The notes: a model not told the origin generated them from the letters alone. 23,028 nt of DNA from Okeania sp. (GCF_035285525.1 NZ_JAYKGW010000247.1:1-23028); one strand, 5' to 3'. Numbered from the stretch's first letter, positions 8,823-18,038 are shown. Program-made: numbers and translations.

Positions 8823-8893
8823 CTCTAATTATTAATTAGGGCTGGCTGATTAAATATAAAAGTATTTATAGATAAAGGTTGTAGGGTTTTTAG
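8823..8893. repeat. dispersed repeat, family D
   Basis: ctctaattattaattagggctggctgattaaatataaaagtatttatagataaaggttgtagg matches the 5' part of the tandem unit at 13852 and the reverse complement of 17852..17902. Confidence 0.6.
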
Positions 8894-9296
8894 GTGTTGA
8901 AAAAATACCAGATTTTTGCCTGGGAAGAACGATCTAATGAGTATTTGGGTAAGATAATACCCAAGTCAAGGGATAATTTTTCCTTTGTATGTCTTGTACA
9001 ACTCCTTATTCCTCTTGACTCCCTAAGGACTACTCCCTACTTTTGTTTGATAATCTAAAAAAGGTAAACAAATTGCTATATAATAGCTTAGATGGAATTA
9101 CCCAAACCTAAAATCAAATAAATTTATAGAAATGGAGGTTGGTACATAAGTTGGACTTTAATTAAAAAAAAAAGATAAATTCTAGCCATGCTAACCAATT
9201 ATCCCAAATTAACTATAAGCTAAATTAAGTTAAAATTAATCAAATATTTTTCTTTGTCCTTCTAAATCTATTTTATAATCAGGAGATAACCAACGT

Positions 9297-9989
9297 ATGC
9301 TACAAGTTGAAGAAAAAACTATAATCTTTGAAACTGAAAGTTACAAAGATGCCTACAGTCGAATCAATGCAATTGTGATTGAAGGGGAACAAGAAGCTTA
9401 TGAAAACTATATTCAATTAGCCGAAATGTTACCGGATCAAAAAGATAGGTTAATTGAACTATCAAAAATGGAAAATCGTCATAAAAAAGGCTTTCAAGCT
9501 TGCGGTCGGAATCTTAGTGTGACACCTGATATGGAGTTTGCCAAAAATTTCTTTGAGCCACTACATCATAACTTTGAAACAGCAGCAACTACAGGGAATG
9601 TGGTGACTTGTCTGTTAATTCAATCTCTAATTATTGAATGTTTTGCGATCGCAGCATACAATATCTACATTCCAGTTGCTGACCCCTTTGCTCGGAAAGT
9701 TACTGAAGGTGTGGTCAAAGATGAATATAGTCACCTCAATTTTGGCGAAGAATGGCTAACAGAACATTTTGAAGATGCCAAAGAAGAACTACAAAAAGCA
9801 AATCGTCAAAATTTACCTATAGTATGGAAAATGCTCAATCAGGTAGAAAAAGATGCTAAAACCCTGGGCATGGAAAAAGAAGCATTAATTGAAGATTTTA
9901 TGATTGCTTATGGTGAAGCTTTGAATAATATTGGCTTTACTACTGGAGAAATTATGCGGATGTCAGCTTATGGTCTGGTTGCTGCATAG
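9297..9989 (+). CDS. ado: aldehyde-deformylating oxygenase (alkane biosynthesis)
   Basis: [80 protein letters not shown] are the di-iron ferritin-like ADO signature blocks. The length is 230 aa. AGGAGA lies upstream of the ATG. aar follows immediately. Confidence 0.95.
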   Translation: MLQVEEKTIIFETESYKDAYSRINAIVIEGEQEAYENYIQLAEMLPDQKDRLIELSKMENRHKKGFQACGRNLSVTPDMEFAKNFFEPLHHNFETAATTGNVVTCLLIQSLIIECFAIAAYNIYIPVADPFARKVTEGVVKDEYSHLNFGEEWLTEHFEDAKEELQKANRQNLPIVWKMLNQVEKDAKTLGMEKEALIEDFMIAYGEALNNIGFTTGEIMRMSAYGLVAA

Positions 9990-10158
9990 TTAATTTCAAT
10001 TAATAATGTGGGAATTAGGATAGGAACAAAAGGCATACCATTTAACAAAAAAAAATTTTATAGTAAAAATGATACTTGCCAATTTTATAGCAGAAGAGAG
10101 AAGGCAGAGGGCAGAAAGAAAAACCTTTATTTTTCAGGTTTTAGGCTTTTGATGTTTC

Positions 10159-10186
10159 TTGACCTTGGCTGCGACTGTTATACAAT
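10159..10186 (+). promoter_or_regulatory. candidate sigma70-type promoter for aar
   Basis: TTGACC (10159..10164), a 16-nt spacer, then TACAAT (10181..10186), about 70 nt upstream of the aar ATG in the 269-bp ado-aar spacer. Confidence 0.35.
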
Positions 10187-10258
10187 AATTTACAAATTCT
10201 ACCCTAATTTCCATATACAATCAACAAACTTATTAATAATCAAAACTTAAAAATTTTA

Positions 10259-11287
10259 ATGTTTGGTCTAATTGGTCATCTAACTAGCTTAGAACACGCC
10301 CAGTCCGTAGCCAGAGATTTAGGATATCCAGAATATGCAGATCAAGGTCTTGACTTTTGGTGTAGCGCTCCACCTCAAATAGTAGATACAATCAAAGTAA
10401 CAAGTATCACGGGTCAGAAAATTGAAGGTAAATATGTAGAATCTTGTTTTCTACCAGAAATGCTAGCTTCCAGTAGGATTAAAGCGGCTACTCGTAAAAT
10501 AATGAATGCTATGGCTCATGCTCAGAAGCATGGTATTGATATAACTGCTTTGGGTGGGTTTTCATCAATTATTTTTGAAAATTTTAATTTGCAGAAAAGT
10601 AAGCAAATTCGTAATATTACCTTAGAATTTAAACGTTTTACTACTGGCAATACTCACACAGCTTATATTATCTGTCAGCAAGTAGAACAAGGGGCAGAAA
10701 AGTTAGGAATTGATTTATCAAAAGCAAAGGTGGCGGTATGTGGAGCAACTGGTGATATCGGCAGTGCGGTATGTCGTTGGTTGAATGGTAAGACAGATGT
10801 AGCAGAATTATTATTGATAGCTCGTAAGCAAGAACCACTAAAAAATTTGCAAGAGGAATTAGGTCGAGGTACAATTTTGGAGTTAGATGCAGCTTTACCT
10901 CTAGCTGATATTATTGTTTGGGTCGCTAGTATGCCTAAGGGTGTCGAAATTGATTCAAATTTGTTAAAGAAACCGTGTTTATTGATTGATGGTGGTTATC
11001 CTAAAAATATGGCCACTAAGGTTCAGCAAGAAGGAATTTATGTTCTCAATGGTGGAATTGTAGAACATTCTCTGGATATTGACTGGAAAATCATGAAAAT
11101 TGTCAATATGGAGATTCCAGGTCGTCAGTTATTTGCTTGTTTTGCCGAGTCGATGCTATTGGAATTTGAAAAGTTATATACTAATTTTTCTTGGGGACGT
11201 AATTTAATTACTGTGGAGAAAATGGAGTTAATTGGAAAGTTATCTGTTAAGCATGGATTTAAGCCTTTAACGTTTTCCAAGATGTAG
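10259..11287 (+). CDS. aar: acyl-ACP reductase (fatty aldehyde-forming)
   Basis: [43 protein letters not shown]...[11 protein letters not shown]...[15 protein letters not shown] is the canonical AAR sequence. The product is 342 aa and lies directly downstream of ado. Confidence 0.95.
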   Translation: MFGLIGHLTSLEHAQSVARDLGYPEYADQGLDFWCSAPPQIVDTIKVTSITGQKIEGKYVESCFLPEMLASSRIKAATRKIMNAMAHAQKHGIDITALGGFSSIIFENFNLQKSKQIRNITLEFKRFTTGNTHTAYIICQQVEQGAEKLGIDLSKAKVAVCGATGDIGSAVCRWLNGKTDVAELLLIARKQEPLKNLQEELGRGTILELDAALPLADIIVWVASMPKGVEIDSNLLKKPCLLIDGGYPKNMATKVQQEGIYVLNGGIVEHSLDIDWKIMKIVNMEIPGRQLFACFAESMLLEFEKLYTNFSWGRNLITVEKMELIGKLSVKHGFKPLTFSKM

Positions 11288-11405
11288 GTTCTGAGGAAAA
11301 TTCCTCTGATCAACCAGTTTTTAGATAATTTGTAAATATATATATAATAATCTAGGTTAATTGAATTTATTTATCAAGAGTTATTTTTAAATTTATAGAC
11401 TATAG

Positions 11406-11510
11406 CAGGACTTACGCAAAAAAAAACCGATTTCTATGATAAATTACTGTTATGAACAGAAGACATCGACGCTCGTACCGGGTTTATAGGTTTCCTGTGC
11501 GTAATTCCTG
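11406..11510. mobile_element. MITE, family C, with 5-bp target-site duplication
   Basis: The terminal inverted repeats are caggacttacgca ... tgcgtaattcctg (12 of 13 complementary). TATAG flanks the element on both sides (11401..11405 and 11511..11515). Confidence 0.75.
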
Positions 11511-11709
11511 TATAGTTTATTTAAAGTAAAGTTACAGACCTTCAAACTTCTTGAGGGCGGGATCATGTCCCCTGGTAGTGTATTTGCCAAAGTTAAGATG
11601 ATATTATATAGCAATCGAAGCAAAAGTTAGGATATTTATATCCTGTTTGCGGATAATTTCCCCTGCTATACGACGAAAAACCTTTTGATATTCTACTATT
11701 CCCTATTCC

Positions 11710-13008
11710 CTAGCATAAATCTCGGTGAGTAAATAGTTTGGCATTTTCACCAGAATAAGTAGCAGCAATATGGCCGTCCCCAAAAATTTGATATTTATAA
11801 GTGACTAATCCTTCTAAGCCTACTGGGCCTCTGGGTGGCATTTTTTGGGTACTAATTCCTACTTCAGCACCAAAACCATAACGGAAGCCATCAGAAAATC
11901 TAGTTGAGCAGTTATGGAATACTCCGGCTGCATCTATTTGAGCGAGGAATATCTCTGCGGTTTTACTATCCTCAGTTATAATAGCATCTGTATGTCGGGA
12001 GCCATAAGTATTGATATGAGCGATCGCTTCTTCTAGACTATTGACTATTTTAATAGATAAAATTAAATCGCTATATTCTGTTGCCCAGTCTGTATCTGTT
12101 GCTACTTTAATTGAAGGCAATATATGCTTAGTTGCTGTATCACCGCGTAATTCAACCTGGCTTTTTTCTAGTTTGGGGAGAATTTCTGGGAGAAATTTGG
12201 TAGCAATATCAGTATGTACTAACAAGGTTTCAGCAGCATTACAAGCAGCGGGATATTGAGTTTTAGCATCAGTAGTAATTTTTACTGCTTTGGGAATATC
12301 TGCAAATTTATCTACATATATATGACAAATTCCTTCTGCATGGCCGAGAACTGGAATTTGGGTATTTTCTTGGACAAATTTTACAAAAGAATTAGAACCC
12401 CTGGGGATGATTAGATCAATATATTCATCTAATTTTAGTAACTCCATAGTTTCTTCGCGGGTGGTTAATAATTGAACTGTATCAGGATTGACAGAAGTTT
12501 TGGATAAACCGTGCCTTATTGCTGTTACTAATTCTTGGCATGAATTAATTGCTTCTTTACCTCCTTTAAGAATAACGCCATTTCCTGACTTTATAGCCAA
12601 AGCTGAAATTTGAATAACAGCATCTGGACGAGCTTCAAAAACCACGCCCACAACTCCCAGGGGACAAGTGATACGTTTGAGAGTTAATCCTGTATCCAGT
12701 TCCCGATGTATTTGGACTGTACCTACAGGATCGGGAAGAGTGGCAACATTGCGCAAACCAGCGATCGCCCCTTTTAGTTTATTTTCATCCATTTTCAATC
12801 TATTATACAGGGGTTTGGCAATTCCATCAGTTTCAGCTATTCGGCAGTCAAGTTGGTTGGCGGTAATAATTTTTGGTGTTGTTTTTTCTAATGCTTGAGC
12901 AACTGCTTCAATAGCTTCATTTTTGGCTTTTGTAGATAAAATTGCTGATTTTTGTGCTGCTTGACGGGTAGTTTTTGCTATTTCAATCAAAGAAATTTCT
13001 GTAATCAT
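11710..13008 (-). CDS. proA: gamma-glutamyl phosphate reductase
   Basis: The product is 432 aa and has ProA blocks [41 protein letters not shown] and [14 protein letters not shown]. Confidence 0.95.
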   Translation of the reverse strand: MITEISLIEIAKTTRQAAQKSAILSTKAKNEAIEAVAQALEKTTPKIITANQLDCRIAETDGIAKPLYNRLKMDENKLKGAIAGLRNVATLPDPVGTVQIHRELDTGLTLKRITCPLGVVGVVFEARPDAVIQISALAIKSGNGVILKGGKEAINSCQELVTAIRHGLSKTSVNPDTVQLLTTREETMELLKLDEYIDLIIPRGSNSFVKFVQENTQIPVLGHAEGICHIYVDKFADIPKAVKITTDAKTQYPAACNAAETLLVHTDIATKFLPEILPKLEKSQVELRGDTATKHILPSIKVATDTDWATEYSDLILSIKIVNSLEEAIAHINTYGSRHTDAIITEDSKTAEIFLAQIDAAGVFHNCSTRFSDGFRYGFGAEVGISTQKMPPRGPVGLEGLVTYKYQIFGDGHIAATYSGENAKLFTHRDLC

Positions 13009-13340
13009 TTTATTTTAGAAAAAATTTCATAAGTTATTTTTTCATTTTATCATTTTTTGTAATTATTATATTAGGAAATAGGAAACAGTTAGGAAAAACA
13101 TTTGCTAGTCTGATATTTATCATTTTATGTCTTTGTTAGCTACATTAATAAACTTTTCAAAATTAATCGTTGAAGTTATATAGTAATCCTATTTTATTTG
13201 TCTGTAAAAATATTACCGCTTTTAGGGAATGGGGAATAGGCAAAAGTTTCCGTTTTTTTTTATTTACTGTTTAATTTGTAATTTTTCACAACTTATTTAG
13301 GATTGTTATCTATATTGCAACATAGAATAGAATAGTTTTT

Positions 13341-13460
13341 CATTAATAGATAATTACCTCTGGTTAAAACCGAGAAGATTGAATATAAGGAAATCTTCTT
13401 TTTTTATCCTGAAAATTTTATTTTGAAAAGGAGAGATTTAATACCTTTATTTTTCCGGGA
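13341..13460. mobile_element. dispersed repeat, family B (reverse orientation, 3' part)
   Basis: The reverse complement reads ...aaaaaagaagatttccttatattcaatcttctcggttttaaccagaggtaattatctattaatg, which is colinear with the 3' half of 3918..4074. Confidence 0.55.
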
Positions 13461-13509
13461 AAAAGTTGTAAGAGTTTGGTATCTAAACTCAAGCAAAAAC
13501 AGGATTTAG

Positions 13510-13732
13510 GTAAGCATTCACCATTCAGTCTTTAGCTATCAGAAGAGTGCTTTTAGTTTTTAATAAAAGTTTGATTATACGGTTCTCAATAAATCAGAAA
13601 TTATATTTTACTATAAAAGCTAGTTTTCAAGTCTATATTCGTTTAAATTTTTCCTCAAGCTTGAGTTTTTTTTATTAGCTGAATAGCTGAAGCTAATAGC
13701 TGTTTGCGCAGCATTCCGCAGGAAATGCTTAC
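13510..13732. mobile_element. MITE-like dispersed repeat, family A (full length)
   Basis: The ends are gtaagcattcaccattcagtctttagctatcag ... gcgcagcattccgcaggaaatgcttac. The core is colinear with 2974..3150. Confidence 0.7.
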
Positions 13733-13851
13733 AGATTTATCGACCAAAATTCTAGGATAGGATATTGCATATTTCTAGTATTTCGATGACAAAATATATT
13801 GTCTGATAACTGAAATAATCTTTGATTTTGTCTACTTACTTATTTCATTAA

Positions 13852-14199
13852 CTAATTAGGTATTGGTGATTAAATATCAAAGTATTGATAGATAAAGTTG
13901 GTAGAATTTTTATAGCTAAAAAAGTTCTTTTTAGCTATTGTAGTCTGAAAATAGTAAAAATTTTACTCTGATTATCAGAAAATTTAGCTGTAGCAGATAC
14001 TCTAAACTTTTCCTGGTTTTCTCTTCTCTTATTTCCCTAGTATAATTTTTCAGTAAATCCTAATTAAATATCAAAGTATTGATAGATAAAGTAATATCTC
14101 TAAAAAAGTTCCTTTTAGCTATTGTAGTCTGAAAATAGTAAAAATTTTACTCTGATTATCAGAAAATTTCTCTGTAGCAGATACTCTAAACTTTTTCCT
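13852..14199. repeat. tandem duplication of a 140-160 bp unit carrying two palindromes
   Basis: Copy 1 is 13852..14014 and copy 2 is 14059..14199. They are near-identical over ctaaaaaagttc.ttttagctattgtagtctgaaaatagtaaaaattttactctgattatcagaaaattt..ctgtagcagatactctaaactttt.cct. Copy 1 has an extra 10 or so bp after gataaagt. Confidence 0.8.
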
Positions 14200-14267
14200 A
14201 TTCTATTGCTTCATTAGCAGATTTATGCAGCAAAACTGAATTAAATAATATCTGGATAATAAATGAT

Positions 14268-14528
14268 AATTTTACTGAATAATTAATGATTAAATAATTT
14301 AGGTTAAAAGCATTCTCTTTGAAGAGTAAAAAAATAATTTTTTCTTTTATTTAAAGCAGTCAGCTCTCAGCTTCTGAGGCAAATATATAATTTCCAGCCA
14401 TATATTACATGGGTTGAAAACTCAGATATATAGTTTAAAAGTAGAAATTAAAAGAGTACTACTTCATTCATTTTTATTGCGCTTGAGCTGAATGCTTACC
14501 TCTCTTTTTTAGGGAGAAGTAATTATCC
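14268..14528. mobile_element. dispersed repeat, family B, split by a family A insertion
   Basis: The left half is ttttactgaataattaatgattaaataa...aaaaaataattttttcttttatttaaa (to about 14355). The right half is cctctcttttttagggagaagtaattatcc (14500..14528). Joined, the two halves are colinear with 3918..4074. Confidence 0.65.
14356..14499. mobile_element. family A element inserted inside a family B element
   Basis: The ends are gcagtcagctctcagc ... gagctgaatgcttac. It is bracketed by the two halves of a family B copy (14268..14355 and 14500..14528). Confidence 0.6.
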
Positions 14529-14652
14529 GTAAGCATTTCTTGTGGAATGCTGCCCATAAATTCTTTATTACTCACACACTAAAATTTCTTTCCGGATATT
14601 TATAATTATGGATAGAAATGAATCAGTAGACTAATTTTATATTTAATAATTT

Positions 14653-16407
14653 ATGCAATTTTTTAAATTTATTTCATTAAAATTCCTACTGATTAAGAAA
14701 AAATATTTTTACAAGTTTGGTAAGAACTCAAAAATTATAACTGTAATAATCTTCAGCTTATTAATCTTTATTTTGATTATTAACAAAGCCAACTTAGCAT
14801 TAAGTGAAACTTCCCCAAAATTACCAAATAATAAGATTGAAAATATTACTCAAGTTAACTCATTAACACCTATTACAAATATAGTTTATAAACCAATCAA
14901 AATAGACGGCAGAGAAATATTCAAAGTTGCTGCCATAGCAGGAGAAGAAATTCAAGGAAACAGTAATACATCTCCCCTGAATATTCGAGTCAGACTATAT
15001 GAAAATAATCTGAGACAAACTATTAAAAATTGCTTCGATCCAGATACTTTAAAATTAACTCTTGAAGTCCGAGAAAATCAGACTTTAGTATTTGCCTCTG
15101 ATGCAGAAGAAGTAAAAAATCAAGAATTAATTGCTATTACAGACTTAGATGCTCAAATTCATGGAATATCTAGAGAAGATTTAGCTAATCAAATTATTGG
15201 TTTTATGAGAGACGCTTTAATTAGAGCCCAGAGAGAAAGACAACCAGACTATTTATTCAGACAAATTTTAATTTCTATAGGGATAATATTAGCTTTAATT
15301 TTATTGAGTTATATCATCTCAATTTTACAAAAAAAATCATGGCAAAAATATCAAAAAATTCAAAAATCAATAGATAGTTTAAAATTGTCTTATCCACAAA
15401 TAGATGAATTGATAAATTATCAACAATTAACTACATCTAAACCAAACATAACTCTCGGACAAAAACAACAGTTGATTTGGGAACAAAGCCAAGATATAAA
15501 TACTTTTTTCAGAAGTTTATTACAAGTAATTTACATGATTTTCTGGCTGTGTGGTATTGGTTGGATTTTCGGAAATTTTCCTTATAGTCGTTGGCTACAA
15601 ATATTCTTACTTTCTCATAGCATAGCATTAATTATAATCATTGTTACTTACTTGATAATTCAAGGAACTCCGGTGATAATTAACTGGTTTGCTATTAATA
15701 GTTTCAAGAGAATAGAAACAGAAATTTCTGTCGAGAGAAGAGTATCACAAGCAATTACTTTTTCTCATACATTACCAGGAATTGTCATGTTTAAAATAGC
15801 TGGTTTAGGCGTATTTTTGTTATTTCAAAACTTAAATATTTCCCTAATTATTATATTAGTCGGTTTAGGGGTTATTAGTTTGACACTTTCTCTAGGCGAT
15901 CGCAACTTAATTCAAGACATAATTAGTGGCATTTTAATCTTACTAGAAGATCAATATGCAATCGGCGATATTATTAATTTAGATAATACTATTGGCTATG
16001 TAGAAGACATGAATTTTCGGGTGACACAATTGCGTGACTCTGGAGGACGTTTAACCACTATTCCTCATAGTAATATTTCTATAGTACATAATTTGACTAA
16101 AAATTGGGCAAGTATTGATTTAAGAATAAAAGTTAATTTAGATACTAATTTAAGTTTAGGATTAAAATTAATTAAACAAGTTACTAATGACTTGATAAGT
16201 GATAGAAATTGGGGAGATAAAATTCTCCACCATGCTAGTATTTTAGCTGTAAATAATGTTTCTCAAACCGAAGTCGAAATTGCCATTAGATTAAAAACTA
16301 TACCAAGAAAACAATGGAATGTAGCTCGTGAATTTTGCTACAGATTAAAGCAAAATTTTGAAAGAGAAAATATGCCAATTAATGCTACAATCTCTTCCAA
16401 ATTATAA
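14653..16407 (+). CDS. MscS-family mechanosensitive ion channel with long N-terminal extension
   Basis: The MscS core is ...LIQDIISGILILLEDQYAIGDIINLDNTIGYVEDMNFRVTQLRDSGGRLTTIPHSNI.... It is preceded by several TM helices and an N-terminal signal/TM segment. Confidence 0.85.
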   Translation: MQFFKFISLKFLLIKKKYFYKFGKNSKIITVIIFSLLIFILIINKANLALSETSPKLPNNKIENITQVNSLTPITNIVYKPIKIDGREIFKVAAIAGEEIQGNSNTSPLNIRVRLYENNLRQTIKNCFDPDTLKLTLEVRENQTLVFASDAEEVKNQELIAITDLDAQIHGISREDLANQIIGFMRDALIRAQRERQPDYLFRQILISIGIILALILLSYIISILQKKSWQKYQKIQKSIDSLKLSYPQIDELINYQQLTTSKPNITLGQKQQLIWEQSQDINTFFRSLLQVIYMIFWLCGIGWIFGNFPYSRWLQIFLLSHSIALIIIIVTYLIIQGTPVIINWFAINSFKRIETEISVERRVSQAITFSHTLPGIVMFKIAGLGVFLLFQNLNISLIIILVGLGVISLTLSLGDRNLIQDIISGILILLEDQYAIGDIINLDNTIGYVEDMNFRVTQLRDSGGRLTTIPHSNISIVHNLTKNWASIDLRIKVNLDTNLSLGLKLIKQVTNDLISDRNWGDKILHHASILAVNNVSQTEVEIAIRLKTIPRKQWNVAREFCYRLKQNFERENMPINATISSKL

Positions 16408-16556
16408 AAATCAAGTAACCATTCATCTATTAGCTATTATCTATTAATTATGAGTTATTAAATTATCCTGGTTGCAAAGAAAATTAATCTCCCAAAAGTC
16501 AAATATAAATAAAAAGATTATCAGCTACTTTTAATTATTTCTGTAGGTTGGCTCCC

Positions 16557-16596
16557 CTATTAGCTAACTGCTGACTACTAATAGCTAAATGCTGAC
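16557..16596. repeat. AGCTAA/GCTGAC short-repeat array (family A end module)
   Basis: ctattagctaactgctgactactaatagctaaatgctgac has the same composition as the ends of family A elements. Confidence 0.5.
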
Positions 16597-16725
16597 AAAG
16601 TTAAAGCAAATATTTAGGGAAAACTGGCGGCTAAATCCCAATATTTGGTAGAATAATTAGGGTTTATGGTCTAAATATTGGACCACTTAATAATTCTGCA
16701 CCTAATTAAATTAAACTAATTAAAA

Positions 16726-17244
16726 ATGATACTTAAACACAAAATATCAAAATCACTGATATTAAAAGGATTATTCTTAATATTACCTCTGGCTATAATA
16801 AATTCTATTACAAATCCTACAACTGCTCAAATTAATCCTAGCCAACCCCCAAAAAATCAAAATTCTACGAGTGTTAGTCTGACTGTTCGTTCCGATATTC
16901 AAGAAGCTGATGCTCGAACAGGAGTTGTCACAGCTCGTGGTAATGTCCAAATTAACTATCCTGCTCGTAAAATTCAAGCCACCGCAGCTCAAGCTCAATA
17001 TTTTAGCCGAGAAAGAAGAATAGTTCTTAGTGGAGATGTATTTATTCTACAGGATGGTAATACTATTCGGGGAGAAACTATCACATATTTGATAGATGAA
17101 GGTCGTTTTATTGCTTTACCTCAAGTGCAGGGACAGGTAGAATCTATATATGTAGTTCCTGCAGGTCAAGGACCAAATGGAGAAAATCCTCTGGCAGCAC
17201 CATTTAATCCCAAGCCAGCTTTTAAAACTCCAATGAGTAGATAA
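16726..17244 (+). CDS. LptA/OstA-like periplasmic protein
   Basis: An N-terminal signal peptide is followed by an OstA-like beta-jellyroll pattern (ADARTGVVTARGNVQINYPARKIQATAAQAQYFSRERRIVLSGDVFILQDGNTIRGETITY). The gene lies upstream of lptB. Confidence 0.65.
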   Translation: MILKHKISKSLILKGLFLILPLAIINSITNPTTAQINPSQPPKNQNSTSVSLTVRSDIQEADARTGVVTARGNVQINYPARKIQATAAQAQYFSRERRIVLSGDVFILQDGNTIRGETITYLIDEGRFIALPQVQGQVESIYVVPAGQGPNGENPLAAPFNPKPAFKTPMSR

Positions 17245-17649
17245 TTGAAATATAATTTTTGTCAGATATACTAGGCTTTTTTATTGCTATTCCTAATTTT
17301 ATATTTCTGATTCCTAGATTTGCTTAAAACTTAGAATGTTGTATGAAACTAAACAAATAGAGTGGGGATATTGATACATAACTTTTAGCTGTTATGATAA
17401 TAAATTAGATTTAGAATGGTTAATTATAAAAGGTGCTTTTCATATTTGTAAAAATACTTTGGGAAATTTTTATCTGTTTTTACAAATCACTTGATACTGG
17501 CTAATTACCAATGGATAATTGATAATTTGAATTTGCTAAATAAGTTTTTTTAGTAAGGAGAGGAGTCAGAATAAATGGGAATAATCAAGAAGCAGGGCGA
17601 ATAATTTTTCCTGGATTTTTCTAACCTTATCGAAAGAAAAATTAAGGTA

Positions 17650-17770
17650 TCAAGGCTCTCCATTCATGAAGAAAGCCAGAAAAAAATTCTTTTTAGGCAA
17701 TCCTCTGCTTTATAAGAAGAGGTAATTATTAATTATTAATTATTAATTATTCATTATTAATTATTGAAAT
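17650..17770. mobile_element. dispersed repeat, family B (3' part)
   Basis: aaggctctcc...aaaaaaattctttttaggcaatcctctgctttataagaagaggtaattattaatt...cattattaattattg is colinear with the 3' half of 3918..4074. Confidence 0.55.
17729..17749. repeat. heptamer array (TTAATTA x3) at the end of a family B copy
   Basis: ttaatta ttaatta ttaatta, directly after ...agaggtaatta. Confidence 0.8.
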
Positions 17771-17851
17771 GCCCCTGCCCAAAATCCTATATTTTTCAAC
17801 CTAAGTCATCTAAAAGCCTGCACTTTTTCACACTTAAAAAGGCTAAATACT

Positions 17852-17902
17852 GTATATATAAATACTTTTATATTTAATTAGCAAGTCCTAATTAGATTAG
17901 AG
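17852..17902. repeat. dispersed repeat, family D (reverse orientation)
   Basis: The reverse complement reads ctctaatctaattaggacttgctaattaaatataaaagtatttatatatac. Confidence 0.55.
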
Positions 17903-18038
17903 ATATTTTTCATTATCCATTATTTATAATTAATTATTTACTTCCTTCTCGGCACAAGATTTTAATCAGTAAATCATTGCAGCATATAATTTATAGCCAA
18001 ATTTGGCTAAGTAATTTTATACCGAAAAGAGAATATTA

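Noticed and set aside
8628-9296. tRNA or other structured RNA gene in the long spacers
   Set aside because: I found no GGTTCGAATCC-type T-loop with a matching acceptor stem anywhere in the window. The hairpins seen (for example ttgggta/tacccaa at about 8946..8965) are isolated. A tRNAscan/Infernal run would be decisive.
10008-10250. 80-aa ORF in the ado-aar spacer
   Set aside because: The translation is low-complexity (KKKFYSKN..., RREKAEGRKKN). It has no RBS and starts with GTG/TTG. It also overlaps the candidate aar promoter. A non-coding spacer is more likely.
10668-11313. Antisense ORFs 10668..10874 and 11125..11313 opposite aar
   Set aside because: Both are antisense to the canonical AAR gene, and their Leu/Ile-rich translations carry no motifs.
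12041-12898. Plus-strand ORFs 12041..12259 and 12668..12898 opposite proA
   Set aside because: They are antisense to proA, which is full length and has all conserved blocks.
13953-13967. NtcA-type binding site (GTA-N8-TAC) in the palindrome AGTAAAAATTTTACT, and at 8986..9000 (tgtatgtcttgtaca)
   Set aside because: Both have GTA-N7-TAC spacing, one nucleotide short of the NtcA consensus.
13852-14199. Tandem repeats or heptamer arrays as a CRISPR array
   Set aside because: The tandem repeat has only two units of 140-160 bp and no short repeat/spacer periodicity. The heptamer arrays have no spacers at all. No cas genes are present.
14591-14596. TCCGGA (DIF-like heterocyst promoter motif) about 60 nt upstream of the MscS gene
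   Set aside because: A single hexamer can occur by chance, and the downstream -10 (tagaaa) is weak. Expression data would be needed to support it.
16783-16998. 71-aa antisense ORF inside the LptA-like gene
   Set aside because: It is an antisense shadow ORF with no supporting signals.
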